Source: an uncultured Acidobacteriota bacterium (GTDB taxonomy: Bacteria; Acidobacteriota; Vicinamibacteria; Vicinamibacterales; UBA2999). From it: a DNA stretch of 64,000 bases. Numbering within the stretch: the first letter of the stretch is position 1; every line of letters begins with the position of its first letter. Of this stretch, positions 17,467 through 26,241 are shown piece by piece. Made by a program: the position numbers and the translations under genes. The notes beneath the pieces are model-generated. The model was not told the origin of the DNA. It saw nothing but the letters and a program-made list of their open reading frames with translations, and did no database searches. The stretch is from assembly GCA_963827515.1 (NCBI GenBank), contig CAWHBF010000010.1:5295-69294 (forward strand), written 5' to 3'.

Positions 17467-18366
17467 GTGAAGCTCATCGTTCAGCCGGACGACGGCCTGG
17501 GGCCCCTGATGAAGGCCGTGCAGCATGCCAAGACCTCCATCGATCTCGTGGTCTTCCGATTCGATCGTGTGGATCTGGAGAAGGCCCTCGCCGCGGCCGT
17601 CGCTCGTGGTGTCGTGGTCCGCGTGCTCATTGCCTACACGAATGGCGGCGGCGAGAAACTCCTGCGCAAGCTCGAGCCGCGCCTGCTGCAAGCGGGAGTG
17701 ACGGTCACTCGAACCGCCGATGACCTGCCACGCTATCACGGCAAGATGACGATCATCGATGACGAGCTCTTCGTGCTGGGGTTCAACTTCACCAGGCAGG
17801 ACATCGAACGGAGTCGCAGCTTCGGGTTGATCACGCACGACAAGAAGTTGGTGAAGGAAGCGGCCTCGCTGTTCGAGGCCGATTCGACCCGTCAACCCTA
17901 CAGCTCCACGCACGATCGGTTCGTTGTCAGCCCTGAAACCTCTCGAGAACGACTGACCGGCGTGATCGAGAAGGCGCGAAAGCAATTGCTCATCTACAAC
18001 GACAACATTTCCGACAAGCTGATGCTGCGCCTCCTTCGGGAACGCGCCGACGCCGGTGTCGAGATCCGAGTGATCGGCAAGCTCGCGAAGAACATCCCGG
18101 GCGTCTCGGCGCGCAAACTGTCTGATATGCGGCTGCACGTGCGGGCATTGATCAGCGACGGCACCACGGCCTTCGTAGGCAGCCAGGGGCTCAGAAAGCC
18201 TGAGATGGACGAGCGCCGTGAGATCGGTCTTATCGTCAAGGATGCGCGCATCGCCAAAAAGATGCATGCGGTGTTCGAAGCCGACTGGGCCTTGACCAAG
18301 GGCCCCAAGACCCAAGCCGATGACGAGGACGATAGTGACCTTACTGGGGAGGCTGCCGCCGGGTGA
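17467..18366 (+). CDS. Phospholipase D/HKD superfamily protein (two PLD-like domains, no TM segment)
   Basis: GTG 17467, 20 nt after the corrected DUF4956 stop. The first motif YHGKMTIIDDELFVLGFNF is a canonical HxK(x)4D. The second motif LHVRALISDGTTAFVGSQG is HxR(x)4D. Confidence 0.8.
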   Translation: MKLIVQPDDGLGPLMKAVQHAKTSIDLVVFRFDRVDLEKALAAAVARGVVVRVLIAYTNGGGEKLLRKLEPRLLQAGVTVTRTADDLPRYHGKMTIIDDELFVLGFNFTRQDIERSRSFGLITHDKKLVKEAASLFEADSTRQPYSSTHDRFVVSPETSRERLTGVIEKARKQLLIYNDNISDKLMLRLLRERADAGVEIRVIGKLAKNIPGVSARKLSDMRLHVRALISDGTTAFVGSQGLRKPEMDERREIGLIVKDARIAKKMHAVFEADWALTKGPKTQADDEDDSDLTGEAAAG

Positions 18367-19265
18367 TGACACCCGAGTCCACAACCTGGCCAGTGCGCGA
18401 CAGCGTGTTGAACGTCAGTGAGTCCTCGAAGATCTCAGCCGCCAGAAACGTCAGATCCGTGTCGAAGCCCTTGGCGGTAAGCCCCGTCGTCTGGTCGATG
18501 TTTCCGCTGCGCAGCTGCCCACCCGATCCCACCACGAAGTACGGAATCCCCTTCTGAGGTTTGATCCGCTCGTAGAAATGGTCGTGGCCCGTGAACACGA
18601 CGCTGACGTTTCCTTGCACGAACAGGGGTTCGAAGGTCGTCCGTAGGCGCGTGTCGGATCCGTGGCGCTCGCCCGAGGAGTAGAGAGGGTGATGGAAGAA
18701 GGCAATCTTCCAATCGTCATTGGCCCCTTTCAGCTCCTTCCCGACCCATCCGATCTGCTCGGCATCGGGATACGTGGACTCCAGTGCAAAGAAGCGAACG
18801 CTCTGCTCAGGCGCCTTGAACGTGTAGTAGAGCTTGCCGTCCATGTTGAACAGCTTGTAGAAGCGCTGGTTCCTGGCGTCGTGATTGCCGAGTGAGGCGT
18901 AGAACTTGACGCCCTTGTCGAGCAGGGCTTTGTACGGAATCTCGAACTTACGACGAAAGTCCTCGGCTCGCTCTCCCCCGTAGAGGTTGTCTCCTACGGT
19001 AATCACCAGCTCGAACGGAAATCGCGCATGCAGCTTTGCCATCTGATCCGCGAGCTCGTATTGGGGGCGTTGGCCCGTGCCGAAATCGCCCAACACGGCA
19101 AACTTCAACGACCCCATTCTGTTCGGAAGGGGGATGGGTGGTGACTGGGGAGCCGGCGCCTGCACGAGCGCCGGAGTAGCAGTGAGATTGGTCCCGGTCT
19201 GGCAGGCACTCCCTGCACCGATCAGGAGAAGCAGTACGGCGAAACGATAAGTCGAATGAGAACAT
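18341..19265 (-). pseudogene. Metallophosphoesterase (purple-acid-phosphatase-like) lipoprotein; the signal-peptide region is out of frame with its ATG
   Basis: The catalytic body in ORF 18341..19165 has GDFGTG, VGDNLYGG, GNHD, FFHHPLYSSGERHG and GHDHFYER. Upstream in the same frame lies RFAVLLLLIGAGSAC (lipobox) with no start codon. The only ATG (19265) is in the adjacent frame, implying an indel around 19238-19248. Confidence 0.75.
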
Positions 19266-19270
19266 TCGCT

Positions 19271-19894
19271 CTACACCATTGGCAGCGCACGGTCTACGTA
19301 GTCGACGATGATGTGGGCATGGTGATCGAACAGTATGAGTCGATCCCCCACGAACCGAAACTCGAGCTCCTCGGGTAACTTCGGGAGCGCCTCGATCACC
19401 TTCGGAGGCATCGTAGAGAGCGGAATTGAGTCAGGATACGGCCCGTTCACGCGGACAGTCGCGCCGATTGGATTCTCGTCCAGGATCGAGGCCCGAAGAT
19501 CCTTTCCGTCAGGACCGCTGAACGCGCGTTGAAGCGTCTTTCGCACCCATGCCTGCATGGCGGGCTGGAATATGTCGCCGACCTTCGCGGCCGCCCTGGC
19601 CTTCACGATTCCCTGACTGAGCTGCACCAGCGCGCCATCAATCTGCTCAGGTGTCGCCTCGTTGGGAAGAGGCGTGATGCCGCCCTCGACCTTCTTGTGA
19701 AGCGCCACGTACTCCTGGGCACGCTTCTGAAACTCGGCTACCTCCGGCACGCTGGCTTCAGTGGATTGCGTCGCCCTTGCGGCGTGCAGCGAGATGACGA
19801 GCGCCGAACCGGTCGTCAGGGCTGTCAGCCCTCCGGCGATCACGATGGCCGCCACCCCTCGACCAGCCCACATCGCAGTGTCAGACGCACACAT
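19271..19894 (-). CDS. Hypothetical exported protein
   Basis: N-terminal hydrophobic segment VAAIVIAGGLTALTTGSALVISL. Sits 4 nt downstream of the Omp85 gene and 5 nt upstream of the metallophosphoesterase gene (operon). No family recognised. Confidence 0.55.
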   Translation of the reverse strand: MCASDTAMWAGRGVAAIVIAGGLTALTTGSALVISLHAARATQSTEASVPEVAEFQKRAQEYVALHKKVEGGITPLPNEATPEQIDGALVQLSQGIVKARAAAKVGDIFQPAMQAWVRKTLQRAFSGPDGKDLRASILDENPIGATVRVNGPYPDSIPLSTMPPKVIEALPKLPEELEFRFVGDRLILFDHHAHIIVDYVDRALPMV

Positions 19895-19897
19895 AGC

Positions 19898-21355
19898 TCA
19901 ACGCCTTCCCCAGGGCACGGCGTATCCGGCAGACAACCGGACGTGACCGTCACGAAGCCCGTACCCGAAATCGAGTCTGACCTTGCCGGTGCCGGATGCG
20001 TCGAACCGGACCCCGGTGCCCACGTCGACGTGAAACGGAGAAGACAACGTGCGAACGAGCCGCCGTGACGATTGTGCCATGTCGACGAACGTGGCGACTC
20101 CGACCTGTCCGATACGTGTCTGGAACGGATACTCGAACTCGGTCGTCCCGAAGACCAGATGCCGGCCAAATACCTCATCTGTGATGACGCTATCGCGCCG
20201 CAGAGGATGGGCGCGAAGAAGGCCGTTTCGGCCGTCGCCCGAACTGACCGCGGGCCACAACGCGAGCGGCGCGCTGTCGGACGTTCTTGCCACGCCCGCT
20301 GTCACGGTCAGCAATGGCACATCATCCCTCGTGGTCGAACGCATCGTCGAGACGAGTTCAGTGCTCCAGACTGCTGGACGCTCGTCACCGCCCAGCCATC
20401 GGCCGGCTGTCAGGATCACGGCGAACCGATCGTCAAATGCGCGCGCATTGAGGCTACCCTCCAACGCAACGTAGTTCGTCTCGATACGGTCGAAGGCCGT
20501 GCCACCCTCCCAACGAAGCCAACTCGTGGCCCAGTCGGAGATCGATACACCCACACGTTGCCGAGCCTGCCTGAACGCGTTGTCCCCCAAACCCTCGTAC
20601 TGATATGTCTGACGCTCGACAAAGGTCTGAAATCGAATGACGCCCGGGAGTCCGCCTGGCGAAGGTGCGTCGAGCCGCAGCATCAAGCGGGGCCTGTTTT
20701 CACCCCAGCGGTAGGACGGAGTCCACACCTCTCCACGGCCTGCGGGTCCGGCCACGTTGACGCGAACCTCCTGCATAAACGCCGAGCGAACCCCCACAAC
20801 GCCCCAACTTTGCAAGCCCTGCGGGATCAACCCTCGCTCCGTGACGATCGGCGTGATCGTGGTGACACCACCCGCAACCGGGTCATATCGCAGGCGACTG
20901 CTCGAGGCGATCGGCAGCTCGTCCAAACGATGCTGCATGCGGGTGAAGTCGCCTGAGGTGAGGACCTCCCCAGCAGAAGCATCGACGTAGTCAATCACCA
21001 CTGACCGCGGGGTCCGCACCAGACCTTCGATGTTCAGACAGCGCACTCGGGGTTGACCCACGCGATTCCAGGCATCGAGCGCGCCCCGTACGTCGCCCGC
21101 CATGAAGCGTGCCGCAGCGAGAGACTCCCATTGTTCCGTGTCGGTCCGTTCGGATCGGTCGAGCCACTGCGGCGCCCCTCGCGAACGGTCGGACTCGGCC
21201 GCCGATGCACGGCAGTCGGGTGCGACACCGCTCGCGCCTGTCGGACTCGACGTCTCCTGCTGAGGCGCTGCGAAGGCCGACGAGACCAGCCACAAGGCGA
21301 CCACGTGCCCCGCAAGGACCCTCCGCGCGACCATTGCGAGCTGAATAGTAGTCAT
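19898..21355 (-). CDS. Omp85/surface-antigen-family outer membrane protein (POTRA plus beta-barrel)
   Basis: Signal peptide ..ALWLVSSAFAAPQQ. POTRA-like segment VRCLNIEGLVRTPRSVVIDYVDASAGEVLTSGDFTRMQHRLDELP. Alternating beta-strand C-terminus ending VRLDFGYGLRDGHVRLSAGYAVPW. Confidence 0.7.
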   Translation of the reverse strand: MTTIQLAMVARRVLAGHVVALWLVSSAFAAPQQETSSPTGASGVAPDCRASAAESDRSRGAPQWLDRSERTDTEQWESLAAARFMAGDVRGALDAWNRVGQPRVRCLNIEGLVRTPRSVVIDYVDASAGEVLTSGDFTRMQHRLDELPIASSSRLRYDPVAGGVTTITPIVTERGLIPQGLQSWGVVGVRSAFMQEVRVNVAGPAGRGEVWTPSYRWGENRPRLMLRLDAPSPGGLPGVIRFQTFVERQTYQYEGLGDNAFRQARQRVGVSISDWATSWLRWEGGTAFDRIETNYVALEGSLNARAFDDRFAVILTAGRWLGGDERPAVWSTELVSTMRSTTRDDVPLLTVTAGVARTSDSAPLALWPAVSSGDGRNGLLRAHPLRRDSVITDEVFGRHLVFGTTEFEYPFQTRIGQVGVATFVDMAQSSRRLVRTLSSPFHVDVGTGVRFDASGTGKVRLDFGYGLRDGHVRLSAGYAVPWGRR

Positions 21356-21603
21356 CTTTTTCTATCCTGCGTGAGTACTTGCGTGCCGCGTTGCGACGCT
21401 CGATAACAAGGAGCAACCGCCGTGCCAGAGGGATCTTCATCTGTAGCACGCCGTTCTTACACGAGGACAGCCGGGAACGCGTCACTTGCACCGACGACAA
21501 CCTTCGACAAACCCTCGGCAAACGTGCAGTTACGATCCGGCACGGCTCCTGCAGTGTCGAGTGATCTAGGCGTGCGCAGCGTTCGCACTAGGGAGGCCAC
21601 ACA

Positions 21604-22503
21604 ATGAGGAATCGACAAACACGTCGACTCGTGCTCTTCGTTTCACTCGCTCTCGTGACGATGCTGTCGGCGGCGCCGAACGGTGCAGCGCAAACACTAC
21701 CTGCGGACTCACGACGACTCGACCAGTTGAAGCAAGACGTGCAGACGGAGTTGCGGCGCGCGGATGAGCAGCCGACGGTTGTGTCGGCCCGACTGCGCAC
21801 CCAACTCGACGACTTGCGAGACGAGGTCGGCTATCTGCGCGTCGTTCAACGTCGTGGCCAGACCATCAAGGACACCGAGTACCGACAGCTCGAAAGCCGG
21901 TTGCAGAGCATCCGCCAGGAGCTCCGCGCAACCGCCAACGTTCGCCCTGGCATTGGAACGGGAGCACGCGGCGGCGCCGGAGTGGGAGCACGCAGCGAAT
22001 ATGAGATTCCGGTCGGAACAGAGTTGGACGTCCGGCTTCAGCAAGAGCTGAGCTCTGAGACGGCCATGGTCGAGGATCGCTTCGAGGCGACGACGGTTAT
22101 CGATCTCTACGATGACGAGCGTTTGATTGTTCCCGCAGGCTCCGTCATGCGGGGCGTCGTCTCCGAGGTGGATCAGGCGTCGAGAAGCGACCGGCGTGGA
22201 AGCCTTACCGTCACGTTCGATCAGCTCACCACGAACGGACGGACATACGACATTCGAGCGAGTGTCACCGAGGCGCTCGAAGCAGACGTCGCAGGCGAAG
22301 TAGGGAAGATTGGTGCGGGCGCCGGCATCGGCGCCATCCTCGGCGGGATTCTCGGAGGCACGAAAGGCGCGATAGCGGGGATTCTGATTGGCGCTGGCGG
22401 TACGGTGCTCGCGACCGAAGGCAATGATGTGGACCTTCCGGTCGGCACCGTCATGCGGGTGCGTTTCGAATCACCGGTCCGCGTTGCCACTCGAGGCCGC
22501 TGA
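21604..22503 (+). CDS. Exported protein: coiled coil, TrbI/VirB10-like beta segment, glycine zipper
   Basis: Signal peptide LVLFVSLALVTMLSAAPNGAAQ. IPVGTELDVRLQQELSSETAMVEDRFEATTVIDLYDDERLIVPAGSVMRGVV resembles the TrbI-like barrel pattern. GKIGAGAGIGAILGGILGGTKGAIAGILIGAGG is a glycine zipper. Confidence 0.55.
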   Translation: MRNRQTRRLVLFVSLALVTMLSAAPNGAAQTLPADSRRLDQLKQDVQTELRRADEQPTVVSARLRTQLDDLRDEVGYLRVVQRRGQTIKDTEYRQLESRLQSIRQELRATANVRPGIGTGARGGAGVGARSEYEIPVGTELDVRLQQELSSETAMVEDRFEATTVIDLYDDERLIVPAGSVMRGVVSEVDQASRSDRRGSLTVTFDQLTTNGRTYDIRASVTEALEADVAGEVGKIGAGAGIGAILGGILGGTKGAIAGILIGAGGTVLATEGNDVDLPVGTVMRVRFESPVRVATRGR

Positions 22504-22627
22504 CGAGCAGCACCACGGTCGGACGGCCCACGGCGCGTATGACGCCTTGCGAGACGTTCGACCGAGAACACACCCGAGAGCTCGAGGCTCTCGGGTGTCT
22601 CCCGATTCACGCGAGAACCGCTTCAGA

Positions 22628-23345
22628 CTAGCTGCTTGCGCGTGCGGAAGAATGACGGGCCAGCGAACTCGGAAAGACGAGGGCCGCCGACGCGCCGACT
22701 GTGGAACCGCTGAGCACGTCCTTCGGCAGGACCCCGGAGCCATACACATCGCGCATATCACTCTCCGACAGCCGAATCACGGCACCCTTCAACGCCACAC
22801 CGGCAAAGAGACCCTTGCTCCGCGAGTACCGACAGGATCTGCGCGTTCAGCTTGAGGTCAGTCGATGCGCCCGCCTGTCGCCCTACTGGTCCGGCCGCCA
22901 CCGAGGCGTCAGCGCCGAGTTCGAGCTTGTTCGCAATCACCCTCGTGATGCTGTTGTCGGTCATGAAGAGCATCACCAGGTCTGTCGATTCGGCGCCGAA
23001 TTGGAAGCCGACGCTTCCGCCGCCGAGCGTGAGATACGCCGGGGCGCTCCAGTCCGTCGCCGTGCGGCAACTCGCCAATCCGCGTCCGCCGCTGCCGCCG
23101 ATCCCAAATGCGACTTTGACGACCGCCGGGAACACCGCGACGCACCGCGCGTCCTCGAGGATGTTCTCGGGGATCGCCTTGTCGGGCGCGGCCATGATCT
23201 CGTCGAACACTCGAGCCGCCTTTTCCGATTGTTCGACTTCGTCTTTGGTATCGCTTTTGGTATCGCTGCTCTGTCGCGCCGAGATGCCCGTCGCGAGCCC
23301 CAGACAGAGCACCGCTGACACCACCGAACATGCAGTGATTTTCAT
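22628..23345 (-). pseudogene. SYLF (Ysc84/DUF500) lipid-binding domain lipoprotein; frame interrupted at about 22829-22831
   Basis: ATG 23345 with GAGGTGG upstream and signal MKITACSVVSAVLCLGLATG. SYLF core CVAVFPAVVKVAFGIGGSGGRG..APAYLTLGGGSVGFQFGAESTDLVMLF. ORF 22758..23360 ends LNAQILSVLAEQGSLCRC.. Dropping one G gives the family-typical LNAQILSYSRSKGLFAGVALKGAVIRLSESDMRDVYG, which stops at 22628-22630. Confidence 0.7.
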
Positions 23346-23644
23346 GGTCCACCTCATCAATGACTGCCTTCGTCAAATTGCGTGGGGGGACTGGGTCGGT
23401 CATTAGGGTCCATGGTGCAAGACATACGCCCGGCGTAAGCGGTCACAGGTGCCGACTGGGCCCTAATCCCCCTGATAGGGCGTTCGGGACGTGCAGTTCC
23501 TACCGCGCGGGCGGAAAAAATGACATCGAGCAGGCTCCCGGCGCTGGGATGGCCTGCCTGGGAGTTCGACGCGTCAGACAGGGCCCCTCCATCTGTGGTC
23601 CGGAGCTTGCTACCTCCAAGATGAGGAGTCAAAGGAGGTAGAGA

Positions 23645-24175
23645 ATGACCAAAATGACCAAGGTCGCATCACTAGTAGGCACGGGGCTCTTGGTGGGGTC
23701 GATCGCCTGCGGCATGGGTGGTCCGGACTTTGAGGAGCAGGCCAACAAGGCCCTGGACGGGGCCAATCTCGATGCGGTGAACGCCGACTATGACGCCAGT
23801 GAACGCGTGGTGCACGTCAGGGGAACCGTCCCTTCGGAGCTCGATCGTCAGAGGGCTGGCGACATCGTCGAGCAGGCCGTCAACAACGGCGCGCGTGTGG
23901 CCAACGAGGTGACCGTAGCCGGCGGCCATGAGGAACTCGCCGACGACCTCGACGGTGGTATCGAGACTCGCCTGGAGAACCGCGTGGAACTTGACCCCGC
24001 ATTGAAGGACCACGACGTTTCGTTCGACGCGAACAATGGGGTGGTCACCATCACCGGCCGTGTCCCGACGGCGGGCGACAAGGAGCGTATCGAAACCATG
24101 GCGCGCAGCGAAGAGGGCGTTCGCGACGTCACGAACGCGCTTGAAGTCGGCGCCGCAGCGGTGGGATCGAGATAG
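23645..24175 (+). CDS. BON-domain lipoprotein (two BON domains)
   Basis: AAGGAGG RBS and lipobox LLVGSIAC. Two segments fit the BON pattern: ..DASERVVHVRGTVPSELDRQRAGDIVEQ..ARVANEVTV and ..DANNGVVTITGRVPTAGDKERIETMARSEEGVRDVTNALEV. Confidence 0.85.
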   Translation: MTKMTKVASLVGTGLLVGSIACGMGGPDFEEQANKALDGANLDAVNADYDASERVVHVRGTVPSELDRQRAGDIVEQAVNNGARVANEVTVAGGHEELADDLDGGIETRLENRVELDPALKDHDVSFDANNGVVTITGRVPTAGDKERIETMARSEEGVRDVTNALEVGAAAVGSR

Positions 24176-24290
24176 CTCGCCAACGGCACAGACGTGCCAC
24201 GCACTTCGGCTGGTGCATTCCGGCTCCCCCCTCAACGAAGCACTCGACTCGAATGATTCGGATGAGTGCAAACGAAGAGGAGACCAAAAC

Positions 24291-25037
24291 ATGAAACGCA
24301 TGATCACGATCGCGACGGCGATGGCAGTCACGGCGCTCGTGTCGCTTGCGCCGAACGTCGCCGCGCAGCAACCCGACACTCGTGACAAGACGATCATGAC
24401 CTTCAGCAGCCCGATCGAGCTGCCGGGCATGAGACTGGACGCTGGAAAGTACGTGTTCAGGGTCGCAGACAATGCGAGCCGAAACGTCGTCCAGGTGCTG
24501 TCCGAAGACGAACAGAAGATGCTTGGCCAGTGGCTGTTCGTGTCCGCGGAGCGCGCACAGGTGACCGGTGATACCGTGGTCACCTTCCGTGAAACGAACG
24601 CCGCGTCGACCCCGGCGGTGCAGTATTGGTACTACCCGGGTGAAAAAATCGGCAAGGAGTTCGTCTATCCGAAAGACCAAGCGCAGCGTATTGCGGCACG
24701 CACAGGTGCGACCGTCAGGACCGAGGATGGCCCAGTGACCGCCTCTGCTTCTGCGGCCGGAACCCCGGCTGCTGCGACGCGCCCTGCACCGCAGCCTGCA
24801 CCTGAATCGCGCACCGCGCGAGCGGACGTCGCGCCAGCCTCGCCGCAAGAGCGTGCGAGCAGGGCCGACCAGACGCCTGCGGTTCGCGACAATGTCCGGC
24901 TCGAATCGACCGTCGCGCAGAATGAGCCAGTTGACCGGACCGAGCTGCCGAACACGGCCAGCCCGTTTCCGCTCTTCGCTCTCATCGGCGTATTGTCGTT
25001 GCTGGGGGCCGCGGGGCTCCGGATGTTTCGGGGATAG
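24291..25037 (+). CDS. Exported hypothetical protein with a C-terminal LPNTAS + hydrophobic + basic sorting-signal-like tail
   Basis: GAGGAG RBS and signal MKRMITIATAMAVTALVSLAPNVAAQ. Pro/Ala-rich linker. C-terminus ELPNTASPFPLFALIGVLSLLGAAGLRMFRG. Confidence 0.6.
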   Translation: MKRMITIATAMAVTALVSLAPNVAAQQPDTRDKTIMTFSSPIELPGMRLDAGKYVFRVADNASRNVVQVLSEDEQKMLGQWLFVSAERAQVTGDTVVTFRETNAASTPAVQYWYYPGEKIGKEFVYPKDQAQRIAARTGATVRTEDGPVTASASAAGTPAAATRPAPQPAPESRTARADVAPASPQERASRADQTPAVRDNVRLESTVAQNEPVDRTELPNTASPFPLFALIGVLSLLGAAGLRMFRG

Positions 25038-25126
25038 TCAGTGGAGCGCAACTTCACAAGACGGATGATGGGTGCGCGCGGCGCACCCGTCATCCGCCGT
25101 ACGAGGGCTATCACCAGACGAAACCA

Positions 25127-26071
25127 ATGAGATTCCATCAACGCCTCGGTCGGTGGTGTGTTGTCGCGACCGCACTGGTCTGTACCGTGGCGCATGCGCA
25201 GACGGCGCAGGAACAGCACGGCCAGGATGCGCAAACGACGTTCAAGTCGGAGACGGACGTCGTCGTGCTCCATGTGAACGTGTTCGATCGCCGCTCGGAC
25301 GCAGTGCCGAACCTGCCTCAGAGCGTATTTCACGTCATCGAGGACAACCGGCGTCAGACGATTTCATTTTTTAGCAGCGTCGACGTGCCCGTCGCGGTGG
25401 GACTCGTCCTGGACAACAGCGGATCGATGATCGCGCGGAACCACATGGTACTGCTCGGTGGCGAGGCATTCGCAAGGACCGCACGCCCTGAGGACGAGCT
25501 CTTCACGATTCATTTCAACGAACACGTGCAGTTCGGACTACCCGAAGCGGTGCCCTTTACCAGTCGACAGTCGCTGCTCCACTCCGCTCTCTCCCGCTAC
25601 CGCCCCGCCGGAAGAACGGCGCTGCACGATGCCGTGATCGCCGGGCTCGAGCATCTCGAGCGTGCGGCGAATCAGAAGCGTGTACTGGTGGTGCTCTCGG
25701 ACGGCGACGACAACGCGAGCCGCCATTCGGAAGACGAGATGATTGCGCGCGCCAGGGCCAGCGAAAGCATCATCTACACGGTTTCGAACGCCACCCGGCG
25801 CGACGGGATGGACGGCGACCCTGGCCTTCTGCGCAAGCTCGCCGAGGTGACAGGCGGCCTCGCCTACTTCCCCAGCACGGACGAGAAAGTCGTCGAAAGC
25901 CTCGATGAGGTCGCCGGTAACATCCGGCGCGGATACACGATCGGATACGTCTCATCCAACCCGGCTCACGACGGTACCTTCCGCAGGGTCAAGGTCATGG
26001 CGCTCGTTCCCGGTCGAACGGGTCTCACTGTCCGGACCCGCGATGGCTACACGGCTCCCGCCTCCCCCTGA
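25127..26071 (+). CDS. VWFA-related acidobacterial-domain protein (TIGR03436-like von Willebrand A)
   Basis: Signal peptide, then FKSETDVVVLHVNVFDRRSDAVPNLPQSVFHVIEDNRRQTISFF. MIDAS-type VGLVLDNSGSM, ...GRTALHDAV, VLVVLSDGDDNAS, IYTV and the C-terminal RGYTIGYVSSNPAHDGTFRRVKV are the typical order for this family. Confidence 0.85.
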   Translation: MRFHQRLGRWCVVATALVCTVAHAQTAQEQHGQDAQTTFKSETDVVVLHVNVFDRRSDAVPNLPQSVFHVIEDNRRQTISFFSSVDVPVAVGLVLDNSGSMIARNHMVLLGGEAFARTARPEDELFTIHFNEHVQFGLPEAVPFTSRQSLLHSALSRYRPAGRTALHDAVIAGLEHLERAANQKRVLVVLSDGDDNASRHSEDEMIARARASESIIYTVSNATRRDGMDGDPGLLRKLAEVTGGLAYFPSTDEKVVESLDEVAGNIRRGYTIGYVSSNPAHDGTFRRVKVMALVPGRTGLTVRTRDGYTAPASP

Positions 26072-26241
26072 CCCTGACCTGGTGCTGAAAGCAGTGCCAT
26101 GGTGTGCCGAACTTACGAGAACCCCTGTAATTCTTATCGGTGTGACCGAGCGAGCTCCGTCGACTCGTCGTACCGCTCGTCGCTCTGCCTGAATCATCGA
26201 CATGGCACACAACGTGAAACTGCCACAGGCGGACTCACACG

